NCBI GenBank assembly: GCA_964252035.1
Contig: OZ176204.1
Strand: one strand, 5' to 3'
DNA length: 64,000 nucleotides
Source: Podarcis erhardii
Lineage: Eukaryota
The translations under genes and the position numbers were made by a program. How positions within the stretch are numbered: position 1 is the first letter of the stretch; each line of letters starts with the position of its first letter. Shown one piece after another: positions 11,890 to 24,484 of the stretch. The notes under the pieces were generated by a model. The model saw only the letters and a program-made list of their open reading frames with translations. It was not told where the DNA came from and did no database searches.

Positions 11890-14623
11890 CCTCGAGGGCA
11901 CTCTGCAAGAGGTGGGCTCCGTGCTGCGGGCTTGCAACATCGGCTGGGGCTTTAGGGAGGCGGGATTGTTTAGTTGTGGAAGCGTCTGGTAAGGAAATCG
12001 GGAGCGGGGGGGGGCGTTGTAGAATACGGAGGCTGGGCTCGAGGGGTAAGGTAAGTGGCCCATCGTGGTGGAGCAATCCGTGGGGCAGGATGTGGGATGA
12101 TTTAGCGCCTACCCAGGGGCTCATCTGGGTCAGGACAGGCACTGGAAATGGTTCAGGGTAGGCTGAAGAAGTGGGGGGGGGGGTCTGCAGCCATTCTCTT
12201 CTAGACTCTGGGACTTACACTCCTTCTCACCTTAAGATGTGACTGAAATCCTTGTGGCAAGTCAACCCTGCTGCATTTCTGGCCCTCATCTGCTGAGTGG
12301 GGCACCAAACAGCTGCCTCAAAGTCCTGCCCTGAGAGCGCAACTCTTGGTGTGTGTGGAGATGGTGGAGGGGGGGGGCAAGAACAACATTATGCAATCTC
12401 TGGGGCAATGATTTTGTGTCGTAGTGCTGGGATTTAAAGGAACAACTATGGAATAGTGGGTAGGAATACTAGACTGAGAAGGCTATTCTGGAGTGGAGCA
12501 GGGTGCTGAGCTGCCATTTCGATGGAGGTTCCTGACTACTGGATATATGGGAGGAGCGGGCTGTGGAAGAGGCCGATTAAGCCTTGATTAAGGGCTGGGG
12601 AATATATGGTGGGAAGTGGAGTGCGCATAGCAATGGGCAGAGGGATCAGATGACCCAAATGTCAAATATAAGGAGCAGTGTGGGGTGTCTGTTGTGAAGT
12701 GGTCTTCCAAAATCAATGATGTCCCTAATGGTGTTCTGTGCATATGAAATCTTCTTCATCACCATCTTAGGTATGTCTGCTCAGTAGTGAGTTCTATTAA
12801 ATTCAATGGGACTTACTCCCAGGTTAAATGTGTTTAAGGTGGATCAAGTTTTATTTTGGAATGACAGCTAGAAGTCTGTGTCTTTCTCTGTATTTGTAGC
12901 CTTTGACCTGCTGGGTTCCAGGAGGTTTTTGTCAGTTCAAATGGCTTGGTGAGCTAGACTTAGCCAGTCCTTTAGTTCTATCAATTGGGTCTTCAAAGTC
13001 ATTTTTTGTCTTAGCTCAGAAGGTTCTGTATGTCATTGCTGCTTTTGAGGAGGGGGTAGTGAACTAGACATTCAGAGTGCTGCAGTCCTTTCACCAACAC
13101 CAGCATAAAACTTGCAAAGTAGCCGAGGAGGAAGGAAAAGTGTAGATTTCTCTGAAAGATTGAGAGATAATAATACTTAATGAAGCTACTCTATTATGGC
13201 CAACAGTATGAAGGGCTGCTACATGTGTGCTGATTCCCTTCTTCCTCAACCTGTTCCTATTTTTAATGTAAGGTCTCTAGAACTGATGTATTAAATTAGG
13301 ATTTGAACTTTATGCTGATTTCTTTTTTCTTTTTTACCCAAATGCATTGTTAAATAGATCCTACATTTTGCCAAGTTCACTGCAGGTTCTGGCCTGTGTA
13401 GATTTTAAAAAATGCCGTACAGTATATCTCTTTTCTTTTTAATTTCTTTAGTCTGGGGAGGGGTGAAAGCACCCCTTTTCGTTGCAGAATCTGTTTGTCT
13501 TAACAGCTTGCAAAATGCACAGTGAGTCCCTTGTGCTGCACTATTTAATTTTTATATTATTTCTTCTTACAAATCCACCTGAATGTTCCCTTTTGGAAAT
13601 GTAATGGGTTCTAGTAGTAGTGTGATTTATTTAGTGGCTTTTGGCTGGCTGGCTGTAGTAAGAAGAAACCACCAGAAGCACTCAAAATAATTGATGCCCA
13701 TCTACTCTGGGCTATGGAAGTGAAAAGCTATGTTACTCACAGGGCTTTCTTTGGGAACCAGGCACTGCAAGTCTGTCTTAGCATCTCAGCAAGTAAGACT
13801 TCTGGCAGCTGCAGGAATGGCTTTAATGCAGTCTTTAAAATCCTGCTTTTAAGAGATCTGCCTGAAAATGGACAGTTCTGTGTGATGACTGATGAATTTA
13901 TAGTAGCAAGGCATGGTTTGGCTTTGTCCTGTTGGGATAAAAGGTGCCATTTTGAAAAGGTGACTTCAGATTGATAGTTGCAAAGAATAAAAGATTGACA
14001 ATCCTGACACTGCGGTACCTGCTTTGCAATTGGAGCCATTCCATATAGGTCACATCCTTTGACAAGGGAATCCTTGCAACAACTGTGGAAAGCAGGATTG
14101 GAGGACCTCAGGCCCAGGGGCCAAATGCAGCCCTCCAGGTTTCTCTATCGGGCCCCTGGGACTCCTCCCAGTCCCCAGAACTCTTCTGAACTACCCCACT
14201 CTTTGCAACCTCCTTGTGTGTTTTTGCCTGGCTAGAAGGTGTAATGAACTGATTATGCTTTTTGCTTGTATTGGTGGAGGTTAGAGAGAGAAGTGAGTGT
14301 GAAGAAATTAGCTTACTATACAAAGGTAAAACTGCTCTGTCAACCTCTAACTCAGGCACCACCCATCTCTGGTACATGGCCCCAAAAGGCCAGCCAGAAA
14401 GGACTGTGGCCCTAATAGTGAAAAAGGGGCCACATCCAAGCTGTAAAATAAGCCAGTCTTGTTCTTTCCCTCTATTGCTGAAATGGAGAGGCTGAAACTG
14501 AGAGACAATGGCTTACTTCTGGGGAATGAGTGGCTATTTGAACCAGTGGACTATCAGCCATGCCCCAAACACATCTGTAACAACAGATTTGGAAGAACCA
14601 TCTTGCCCATTTGGGGAAATGCT

Positions 14624-15000
14624 AATCATAGAATTGTAGAGTAGAAAGGGACCCCAAGAGTAATCTAGTCCAACTCCCTGCATTACAGAAATCTCAGTTA
14701 AAGCATCCACGACTGATGGCCACCCAACCTCTGCTTAGAAACCTCCATTGAAGGAGGAGACTCCGAGGGAGTCTGTTCCACTGTCAAACGGCTGTTACCA
14801 TCAGAAAGTTCTTCCCAGTGTTTACTCAGAATCTCCTTTCCTGTAACTTGAAGATATTGGTTTGGGTCCTATCCTTAGCAGAAGAAAACAAGCTTCTTCC
14901 ATCTTCCACGTGACAGCCCTTTAGATATTTGAAGATGGCTATCATATCTCCTCTCAAGTGTCCTCTTTTCCAGGGTAAACATACCCAACTCCCTCAACCT
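14624..15000 (-). mobile_element. CR1 LINE 3' end
   Basis: aatcatagaattgtagagt...tctagtccaac is the reverse complement of a CR1 3' tail, followed by typical CR1 ORF2-end sequence. Confidence 0.75.
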
Positions 15001-16194
15001 CAATAATATCCTCTTATTATTTGGCTACACTGATATTGGGAAAAAGCACTGCACAGTTGGCTCCCTCTAATATCACTAACCAACTTTTTCACCCAAACAA
15101 CAGAATAAGAGAGAAGCTGTAGGAGAACCAATGAGTGGATAATTTTCATTGGTAAAATAGTAGCTGGGTGGGAGTGAGGGAAAAAATTTCACAGGTAAAT
15201 TGGACTGGTGGGGAGGGGGGGCAACACTTCTTTCCTCAAATACATGGTCCCAGCTGAGATGGGGCTCCCGCCATGGCTGCTTTTGGCTAAAATACAGATA
15301 GGTGAACCAAAGATGGATCTCTTTTATCTTGTCTAGTTTGGCTCTGAGGCTCTATTTATAACTGCACAGTACTTTATTGTTTACCCAGTCACACTAAGTT
15401 CAATGAGACTTATAAGTGTACATAGTATTGCAGTCTGAAAAGCCCTGTGTCAGACTAGAAGGTTTCTTTTTGAAGAAGGTCAGTAGCACCTAAAGGATTT
15501 CGACACATAATAGAGGTTTACCCAACCTGTGTTTAGAAACCTCTAATGAGATGGATAAATCAGTCTGCATCCAATTTGTGCAATTGCCCACCAATTATTT
15601 TGTTTCTTTATTATATTTAACCTAAATCTATCTTCCTGTAATTTAAGCCCATTAATTCTGGTTACCTGCAGTTGCTGTGGAGACCAACTGGTTTTCAAGG
15701 TGTTTAAAGCACCTATTTTTATCTTAAACTGCTGTTCTATTGCTTTGCCCTTCCTCTCACACCCCTTCATCTTTTTGTCATCTCCTCATTCTCCAGCCTA
15801 AATATGCTGAGTTCTTGTGACTGCTCACCCCTCTTCCTTTCTAACACCTCTCTCTTAAGTCCACATGCAATTAAGTTCCACTGGCACTATGGCATGTCTT
15901 TCCAGACAAAATTGGCTTATATAGCACAATAAATGCATAATTATTGTAAATGTGCATCTGATATTCATCGGTTGTGCTAGTTTCCTTGTCGTTCAAGGTA
16001 CTGTCTTTGTTGTGGATTGAGTGAATATTGGAGAAAATGGCAAATACTGTATCAGTATTTAGATACGGAGGAAATGCAATTCATTCCCTGCTAATTATGT
16101 TATAAACTTGCCCAGTGGCATTAGGCAAGATGCTTTTTCAAACCCCTATTGTATCTGGATTATGCTATGTGTGTGTGTAGTAATATTGAGCAAC

Positions 16195-16425
16195 CTGCTT
16201 CCTCTTTAACCAGGCCTTTGGCTGATTGACATCTGATGCCCTTTTAAAATGTGTTGTGGAAGGGAGGAGTATTGCTTAGCCTTTGTTTTTGTTTTTATTA
16301 TGTATTTTCTGTTTTTCATATTGTGACTTTATGCTATGAACTGCCCTGAGATCTACGGGTATAGGGGCAGTATACAAATTTAACAAACAAACAAACAAAC
16401 AAACATAAATAAATAAATAAATAAA
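16195..16425 (+). mobile_element. L2 3' end with (AAAC)n(AAAT)n tail
   Basis: tttaaccaggcctttggctga...tgaactgccctgagatctacgggtatagggc, then the microsatellite tail. Confidence 0.75.
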
Positions 16426-16699
16426 GTGTTGTATGGAATATTCCAAGCTAGTACAGTGTTACCTTGGTTCCCAAACTTAATCTGTTCCGGAAATTTGTTC
16501 CAAAACCAAAGTGTTCTAAAACCAAGGCGTGCTTTCTAATAGAAAGTAATGCAAAATGGATTAATCCGTTCCAGACTTTTAAAACAACCCCTAAAACAGC
16601 AATTTTGCTAGGTTTTTTGTTTTTGCTAGTTTTCTTAACCCTATCCAAATTACCATAGGTTCTTTGAGCTTTAGCTGCAAGCCCCTGACACAAGTAATA

Positions 16700-16959
16700 C
16701 AGTCATGCCTCGGGTTGAAGTAGCTTCAGGTTGAGTGTTTTCGGGTTGCGCTCCGCGGTGACCTGGAAGTAACAGAGCGTGTTACTTCCGGGTTTCGCCG
16801 CTCATGCATGCGCAGATGCTCAAAATTATGTCATGTGCATGCGCGGAAGCGGCGAATCACGACCTGCGCACGAGCAGAAGCACAGGCGCGGGTTGCGTTC
16901 GCTTCAGGATGCGAACGGGGCTCTGGAACGGATCCCATTCGCATCCAGAGGTACCACTG
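16700..16959. mobile_element. Tc1/mariner MITE (same family as 38675, opposite orientation)
   Basis: TA|CAGTCATGCCTCGGG...GAGGTACCACTG|TA; CpG-rich interior. Confidence 0.85.
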
Positions 16960-19900
16960 TATGGTACCAGGTGTATCTCACATTTAAACTGTATTCCTAT
17001 GTACACACTCTTTCTTACCTATGTGTAAGTCCCATTGAACTTAGTGGAACATATTTCTGAGTGCATATGTGTGGAACTGTGCTGCTGGTTGCTAACTATG
17101 AACAAATCAAAATCAAAATGGTGAATCAGTGGAGGGAATGATTTTTGAAGTGGTTGATCTGCAGAAATCCGAAATGTGCACATGTTGGGGAAGTGGTTTC
17201 AGTAGAAGTGTGGGGAGGGAATTGTGGAAAAAAAGATATACACATTTTAAGAATAAGGATTTTGATTACTTTTATACCTTGCAGTAAACAGAAATGTAGG
17301 TGGTCCTGAGATGGGTTGGGTGTATGTTGCTCTCCCCAATGGTACCCCTTGTAAAAATACCTTAGTCAGCTCTTGAAAGCATATAGCTGCAGAACTGGGT
17401 ACTGTGTAAACTTGCAGCTTTGGCTTAATGGGATTATTGGTGGTGTGAGCCAAATGGAGCAGAGCTTGATTTCCAAGTGTAGATTCTGTTTGCTTGGTTG
17501 CTTTTTTGTATAAGTAAAATTAACGAGAGAGTGCGTTAATCAGGGAGAGAATGATAGGGTCTCTTCTGCACTTCCCGTCTGAGAACTTCAATATGTACAC
17601 TGAAAATGTCCCCAGTGTTAAGCTGAAATGAACAGAGACCTTAGCCCACAGATAGTCCAGATTTTAACATTACTGAAAATAGAGGGGTAATGTATTATTC
17701 CCCTTCCCATTTGGGGATGCAGAATCCTTCACGCCAGCCTTCTCCAACATGGCTCTGCTGGCTGGGACTGATGGGCGTTTTATTCCAAAACATTAGGAGG
17801 ATACCTGGTTAGGGAAGGATGCTCTTACATTCTCTATGAATATGGCCTTGGATCAAGTTTAGATGCTTCACATGCATTCTTACCAACTGGGTAAGGAATT
17901 GTAGGTGTTTGTATCTGCTTTGAACCAAATGGTTATTGGAATCAGGCTTTTATAAGCATATGAAGCTAGCCTTGATGGAACAATGCTACCTTTGAAGCTT
18001 TAGGCGCTGCTTTAGTCTTGGGGGGAGATAATAGGAATAAGTGACCTGACTTTAAAAGAGACAGTGACAGTTAAAACCTACGGCACTGTATTGCATGCTT
18101 CTACAGTCAAGTTATCGCATAAGACTTCTCAAGCATAGTTCTTTTTCTGAAATGTCGCTGGGAACTTCAAAGTAATCTTACTGCTTCAAGATTTTGTGTG
18201 GAGTGCTGCAGTCACAAAGGCTGTATGGCTCAAACACTGTACAGAGTGTCATGTGTTGCTGTACTTGGAAGGCAGAGAGGGCTGCCTTTACACTGCAGGG
18301 CATTGACCCAACTCCTGCATAGAGAACCTTAGCCACTTCTGCCATAAAGAGTTCTGCATTGTCAAATATAGCCCTGCAAACTCTGATTGCAAGAGAGGCT
18401 TTCAAGCATCCATTTTTCTCCTTCTGGAATGCGTTGGCATCAAAGTGCTCGGGTTGGCCTTGAGTGGAAAAGTATGCTCCCAACATACTTCAGCTGGGTG
18501 CTGATTGCCTTAGAACTAGAGCTGTCAACTAATTAAATACTTTTTCATTGATTAATTGTCCAACTAAATTAACATACTATAGAAGGATCAATATAATTGT
18601 ATTTGTGCATTATTAAAGAAACTATGATAATGTACACTTTAATAAATAAAAGCTGCCAATAATAGTTCAAAGAAGAGGCCATCTCTAATACATCATTTTT
18701 CATTCTCTGACTGTAAACAGTAACTCAACAGATCAAAAATTAACTTCCACAAATAAAGTGTTCCCATAATTTTAGCTTCTATTGATTAAAATTTGCCCTG
18801 TATCTTAAAATGGATCTGTACCAAGTAATCAACTAAAATGTCAGTTGATCTACTAAGCAAACCAATGTTAAAGCCTGGAGTCCTACTTTGAACTGATCCA
18901 CACAATTGTATGGAAGGGAGAGAGATGTATATACAGTACAGCCAGCAGAAAATATACCTGGTTTGCAAGCCATAATTTGATTTCCTGCACTTTTGGCTTA
19001 GTATCCATACATGCTGCCTGAACACCTGACAGAGTGCTATCCGCTTGCCTACATCTAACACAGCTATCCTGATCTTTTAGTTAGGCAGTAGAATCATGGC
19101 TACATGTACAGCAAGCAGGAGCCCACATGGCTGAGCAAGATGTGCCATTAGGCATGTGTATTCTGCAAAAGTGTACACAGTAGCACAAATCTCAATGAGT
19201 GGTATGTGCATTTGGCTGCCACCTTCCAAAATGCCAAGTCCTTGGGGCTAACTTGCTTCACTGTGTTCTTGGCCTCTTGTAGCTATGTATAGTACCTGAT
19301 TATACTGAATCTAACAGGGCTGCTCCTGGGATCCTTGCAAGCTTAAAACATTGCACAAAGGATTGATTAAAGTCCAAATAGTCTCTGTTTCTTCAGGATC
19401 ACTGTTGTTAAACCTGTTCCCTCTTTTTTTTGATTGAAGACTAAGATTTTCTAATTTATCCAGTACTCTGCAAGTGTTAATCAATATTGGAAAGTGATTG
19501 GAGTTTATAGTTCAAACCTATTACATGGTATATACGGTGATGGAAATAATTGACAAATGCATGCCATTGTAGGGCTTTAACCTTTATTCAATTTAATTGG
19601 ATAGGTTAACTGATCAAACATTGTAATCAATTGGAAACATGCCTTTGGTTGATTGGGCAGCAGACTCATTTTATTTTTTAAAAATATTTTAATGCAAGTA
19701 TTTATAAACTTAAAGGGTTTGTAGCCTTTTCAGGCTATCTTGTCCCCTTCAGGTTATTCCCCACTTTCTCTCATATAGAACACCTTTTCTAAGATAATGC
19801 CTGCAGCTGCAAGCAAAGAAAGTGTGCTTGTGTTGTAGATTTAATCGATTAATTAATTGCAACTAGTGCAGCTCAATGTTTACAATTTTCTAAATTTAGT

Positions 19901-19976
19901 GACAGATCTACTAAATTGTATCTAAACAAACAGGAATAAGTTGTTGAGGTTTGGACAAACATAGTAATGATATACC

Positions 19977-20344
19977 TGTTATGTATAAAGGCATTGTAGG
20001 CTGTATGTATGCAATGCAGGCCTAGGCCTTCAGGCCTCCTGTAGCTCAGGAGCTTCATCTGCATAACAAAAGACAGGATTTTAAAACAGTCCAATGACAT
20101 TGTTTGTAGCTGGCAGGCTGTCAATCCCTGCTGAGATAGGGCCAGTGTTGTGATTTGCTAATTGCAGGATTAAAGTGACCTATCACAGGTGGTGTGTGTG
20201 TTTTGCCTGGGCTGGTTTAAGGTACATATACTGGGCCAAGTGTCCATGTTTGTCATTCTTGTTCTTCTTATTCTTGATGTTCCAATAAATCCTTTTTGAG
20301 CTGAATCTCGGTTTTGGGTCATGCCTGAACCCACCTACACTTCA
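19977..20344 (+). mobile_element. Solo LTR (368 bp; Gypsy- or ERV-like)
   Basis: TG...CA termini, 5-bp TSD ATACC (19972-19976, 20345-20349), AATAAA at 20284-20289 preceded by a TATA-like tacatata. Confidence 0.75.
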
Positions 20345-21225
20345 ATACCTATTGAACTGTGTTATATTTTTGTTTATTATTAATTACTTGTCCTTCATCC
20401 TAAAGTCCCAGGGCTGGTTACAACAATTAAAACAATATTAAAAGCAGTTTTAAACAACTTAGGGAGCACCCCTAAGCTGCGAAGCTGCTCCTTTCAGGGA
20501 AGTGCAACCCTGACCAGCGCAGGCCATCTTCCCACCTCCCAGATTTGGAACACATAATACCTCTATCTTTTCAGAATCACGCCTCAGTTTATTGGCCCAC
20601 ATCCAGCCCATCATTGCCTCCAAGCATTGGTCTTAACACCTCAGCTGCCTCTCCTGATTCTGTCGGAATAGAAAAAAAGAGCTGGGTGTCATCCTTGGAT
20701 GTTCACGGCACTTCACTCCAGATCTCCTGATGTCAGGAATCAGACCATTAGTCTGTTTAGCCCAGTACTGTTGACCAGATGTGGTAGCAGCTGTTCAGGG
20801 TCTCGGGTAGAGATCTTTCCCAACCACATCACCTTTGATGGTGATATTCATCTGTACAGCTTAGGTAGCCACATGTTAAAAGTCGAAAGAATATTGGAGG
20901 CGTCGTGAGCTGATCTTCTAGCTCATGAGTAGGGGACCAGTGCTCTCTCCCCCCCCCCCAGTCCTGACTATTGGCCATTTTGGCTGATGAGAGTTGGTGT
21001 CCAAAAGCGTCTAGAGGGCCACAGATTCCTCACTGCTGCTCTAGCTAGTCAGTTGACCCCATTCAGATCCACAGTTTAGCAGCTTTCAAGCACCATTAGG
21101 TCTGTTGCAAACACACAGTCAGAAAGAGGTCTAGAGAAACTCTGCCCCAAGTATTCGTTTGTGTTTTTTATTTCGCTAGTTATATCTTTACCTAGTTGAA
21201 AGGAGGACTCTAGATAGGTGAAGTA

Positions 21226-21454
21226 CAGTGGTACCCCAGGTTACAGACGCTTCAGGTTACAGACTCCGCTAACCCAGAAATAGTAGCTGGGGTTAAGAAC
21301 TTTGCTTCAGGATGAGAACAAAAATTGCGCAGTGGCAGCGCGGCAGCAGCAGCGGGAGGCCCCATTAGCTAAAGTGGAACCTCAGGTTAAGAACAGTTTC
21401 AGGTTAAGAACGGACCTCCAGAACGAATTAAGTTCTTAACCCGATGTACCACTG
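21226..21454. mobile_element. Tc1/mariner MITE
   Basis: TA|CAGTGGTACCCCAGGTTA...TAACCCGATGTACCACTG|TA. Confidence 0.85.
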
Positions 21455-24421
21455 TAATTAATGTACAAGATGACATCTCTGTATCAAAGTGTAGCACGTT
21501 TTAAGGGGTCCACAATGTGGCTCCCTTAGGTGCCACAAGCTTCTGCTTTTCCAAACTTTTATTACTTTTTTTAAATGAGGGGGTTTGGGACCTTTTTTTG
21601 TTGCTGTGAGGGAGTTGCCTGGTTTTATAAAATTTTTGGTCTGGTTTTCATTTGTTATGGGGTAGGGTGGGGAAACGGGTTCTGAGCATTGCCCAATTTT
21701 CTTTTCTGTAATGGGTATTTCATGGTGCCCACATCAGTTCCTTAGATTTCCAAATGTGCCTGCAGGCCCAAAATTGTTGATTCCACAAAATACAAATCAC
21801 TCAAGATGCAAATCACAGTATTTGTGTTCTGGAATTGCAAACAACTGATTATGAAAACTGAATATCTATTGTAATTGGGCGTGATTCCATTTGAAGTCAG
21901 ACTGTAAATGAGATCCTGATTACGCTATTACACTCTCTCTTATGTTGTTTGCTCACTGTCTTTCATGCGTTTCGGTTTCTGAGACTTCAGTGCCAACAGC
22001 ACTGAAGCCCTCTCTGAAAAAGAGAAGCTTTTATGTGCAAGTCTCCCCACCTCCCAGCGTCCTATCAATGTTCAATTCTCTGAGTGGTTGATCTGACAGC
22101 AGTGACTTCAGCTAGTGGTACAGATTACTGGTAGTCCTTTGAACCACAATGTTGTCTTGTTAGGGTTTCCAATGGTTAAAGGGTAACCTCTTGATAAATA
22201 GAAGAGAAAACATAATATATACATCTTTCTGGGTGAGTTTTCACAAAATGAAATAGTGTTTGATATTCTCTGAACTTTGGACCTGAATGAAGTCCACTGT
22301 CTAGCTTAAATGAAGTCCACGGTCTAGCTCTTACTGCAACTCTGTTTGTCATGTGATAACTGCAGTCATCACATGGTTATTTGCTTGCGTGTAATGGTGT
22401 ATTTACCGTTTTATCACATCTGCACCATACATAACAGTTGGCTATATCCTTCTTGATCCCGTGATTAATGGATCCATTCCACTCATTCTCTCAGACTTTG
22501 GTATCTGCTGGTCCAAATTAAGCCCTGACATGTCTACTAAAGCCAACCGTTTGGGGAAGAAAAAACAGATTGCCAAGGTACTTCAGGTCAGGGGAAGCTA
22601 ACACGATGCCTTCCAGATGTTGTTGGATTCCCAACACCCATCAACCTCAGCCAGTATGGCCAGTGATCAGGCATTATGGAAGGTGTAGTCCAACAAGTAT
22701 GTAACCAAGCATGTAGATAGGGCCAGAGCCAGCCTTTGTGGAGGATTTGCGCAGTGACCCATCACTCTACCTGATGTTGCAAATTACAGATCAGCAAGCA
22801 GCGGTTCCATGTGGTAGCAAGCTTTTTGGTGAAGGACCTTCCCAACTGACTTAAAACACCTGTGTACCCCACCCCCACCCCGATTGGCTGCCCATTGGAT
22901 CCTTCGGGGCAGGAAGGTGCATAAAGTGCTTCCTGTTCCCTCGGAGGCTTGCTTGGCTACAAGGTCTTCCTGTGATCTGGAGTGCTCCTTTATTCTGGCG
23001 TCTCTTCTGACCACTGACTCGTCTCATGGCCCCTGAGTCATTTCAGGGTTGGGCCGTGAACAGCAACAGGCTGACACATGTTCATGTGCCAATGGATAGT
23101 TGGAAGGGATGAGTGACATTAGTTCTCTGCTTACAGGTGCCATGCCTTACTTGGACTAAATTGGGGGCATTAGTATGTAGCTGATCTTAAAAAGAGGATT
23201 TTCCATCCAGGAATGTGCTGTCCTTAAACTAACTGAAGAGCGTATTGTTAATCTTTTCCTCCCTCCCTGCAGGTCTGAGCTTTTAATTGTTATAAGCAGA
23301 CAGAAATTCAACATGTGAAGTATTTCTCATTATGACCCTAATACACTGGGAAGAGCTTCACCTTTTAAATTTCAGTTTTGTAGGCTGCTGTTCAAAGCCT
23401 CAGTCATGGGGGAGGGGAGGTGGCAACCCTGTTTTGTACACTTCATTGTGGCAAGCCCACGTTCTTATTTAATTATGTCACGATTTCCGGTGCTTACCAA
23501 CTTTCTGATAGCTTCCTGCTTGTGTGTTAGACTGAGTGGAGATACAGCATTTAGAGTTAAGGGGGAATTGGGAAAACACCCTGAATAAATGTTGAAGAAG
23601 CACCTGAGTTTCACTGGTCAGAGTTCTGCACCAGAAGGCAACAGGTCTTGGTGTTGCTGATAGGATTCCCTCTCACTCTCCTTGCCAGATTTTTTTGCTG
23701 TTTTTTTTCCATATGAACCTTCACAAGTGCTGGAGGCTGCTGATTTTCTCCATGTTCAGCGTTCCTGTGAATTAAGAATTGCTGGAGGGTGGAGTGGGGC
23801 TTTTCTCAGTGGAAGAAACCCAGTTGCAGAATGCTCTCCAAGAGAGGCCCATTAAACATAATGTTGTCAGGTTTTGACTTGCCTTCAGAAAAAAAACAAC
23901 CCTTCATCAGTTTACATAGGCATTTCTAGGCTATTAGTGGTTGGGCCTCTTTTTGTTTTATCCTTGTTTCGTATTCCTCAATGGTTTTATTTTTAAAAAA
24001 GAGAGAAATCATGTTGCCATGTAAAGTATATACAAACAGAACTCCAGAGTCGTCTCAGATCATTATTTCTTTTAATAGGAAATACATATAACAATCTGAA
24101 ACACAAATTGGTAACAACAAAGAAAAACATCAGAGCAACAAGGAGTATAATACAAGCCTGAGCCTGGACTAGAAAAGGAGTGAAAGGTAAATATTTTCAG
24201 TACATTTTTAAAGAGATTCTCTATTTAAGATGGGGTGAGAAACTTCAGGTCTGTGGTCCAGAAGTGAATGTGACCCTGTGGCTGAAAAAGGGGTTTCATC
24301 CCTAAATTAGAGGATGTTGTCTGATGATTATAAAAATAAGGTTCTGTGCTTTGGTTTAATAGATCTTAAAAGAACCTCTTCTCTTTGATAGTTGCACTAA
24401 TAATCTGGTTTCCTTATACAG

Positions 24422-24484
24422 GAACAATTTAGAAGCATTGAAAAATTAGCACCTGTCCATTGAGAAATCTGCTCTGGTCTGTTG
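24422..24484 (+). other. Candidate 63-nt non-coding 5'-UTR exon
   Basis: Branch-like CACTAAT about 20 nt upstream, acceptor ggtttccttatacag, donor TTG|GTAAGT. Stop codons in all three frames. Confidence 0.55.

Larger units (their letters stand above)
10830..12150 (+). promoter_or_regulatory. CpG island / probable SEMA4G distal promoter
   Basis: Abrupt GC- and CpG-rich block in an AT-rich background. ETS-like TTCCGG at 10829 and about 10860; YY1-like AGATGGCGGC at 11001-11010; strong donor CAG|GTGAGA at 11205/11206. The link to SEMA4G is inferred from strand and the absence of any other recognisable gene. Confidence 0.75.

Noticed and set aside
11404-11955. 183-aa ORF and other long GC-rich ORFs in the CpG island
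   Set aside because: Low-complexity G/R/A-rich translations expected from stop-poor GC DNA; the ORF runs through a MITE and shows no recognisable domain.
18515-19875. Old hAT-like element bounded by tagagctgtcaactaatt...attgcaactagtgcagctcaa
   Set aside because: Ends are too degenerate, with no TSD and no transposase motif I can verify.
23273-23600. Exon after the strong acceptor cctccctccctgcag (23272), and ORF 23406-23588
   Set aside because: No convincing donor or protein similarity. Kept only as a possible splice acceptor.
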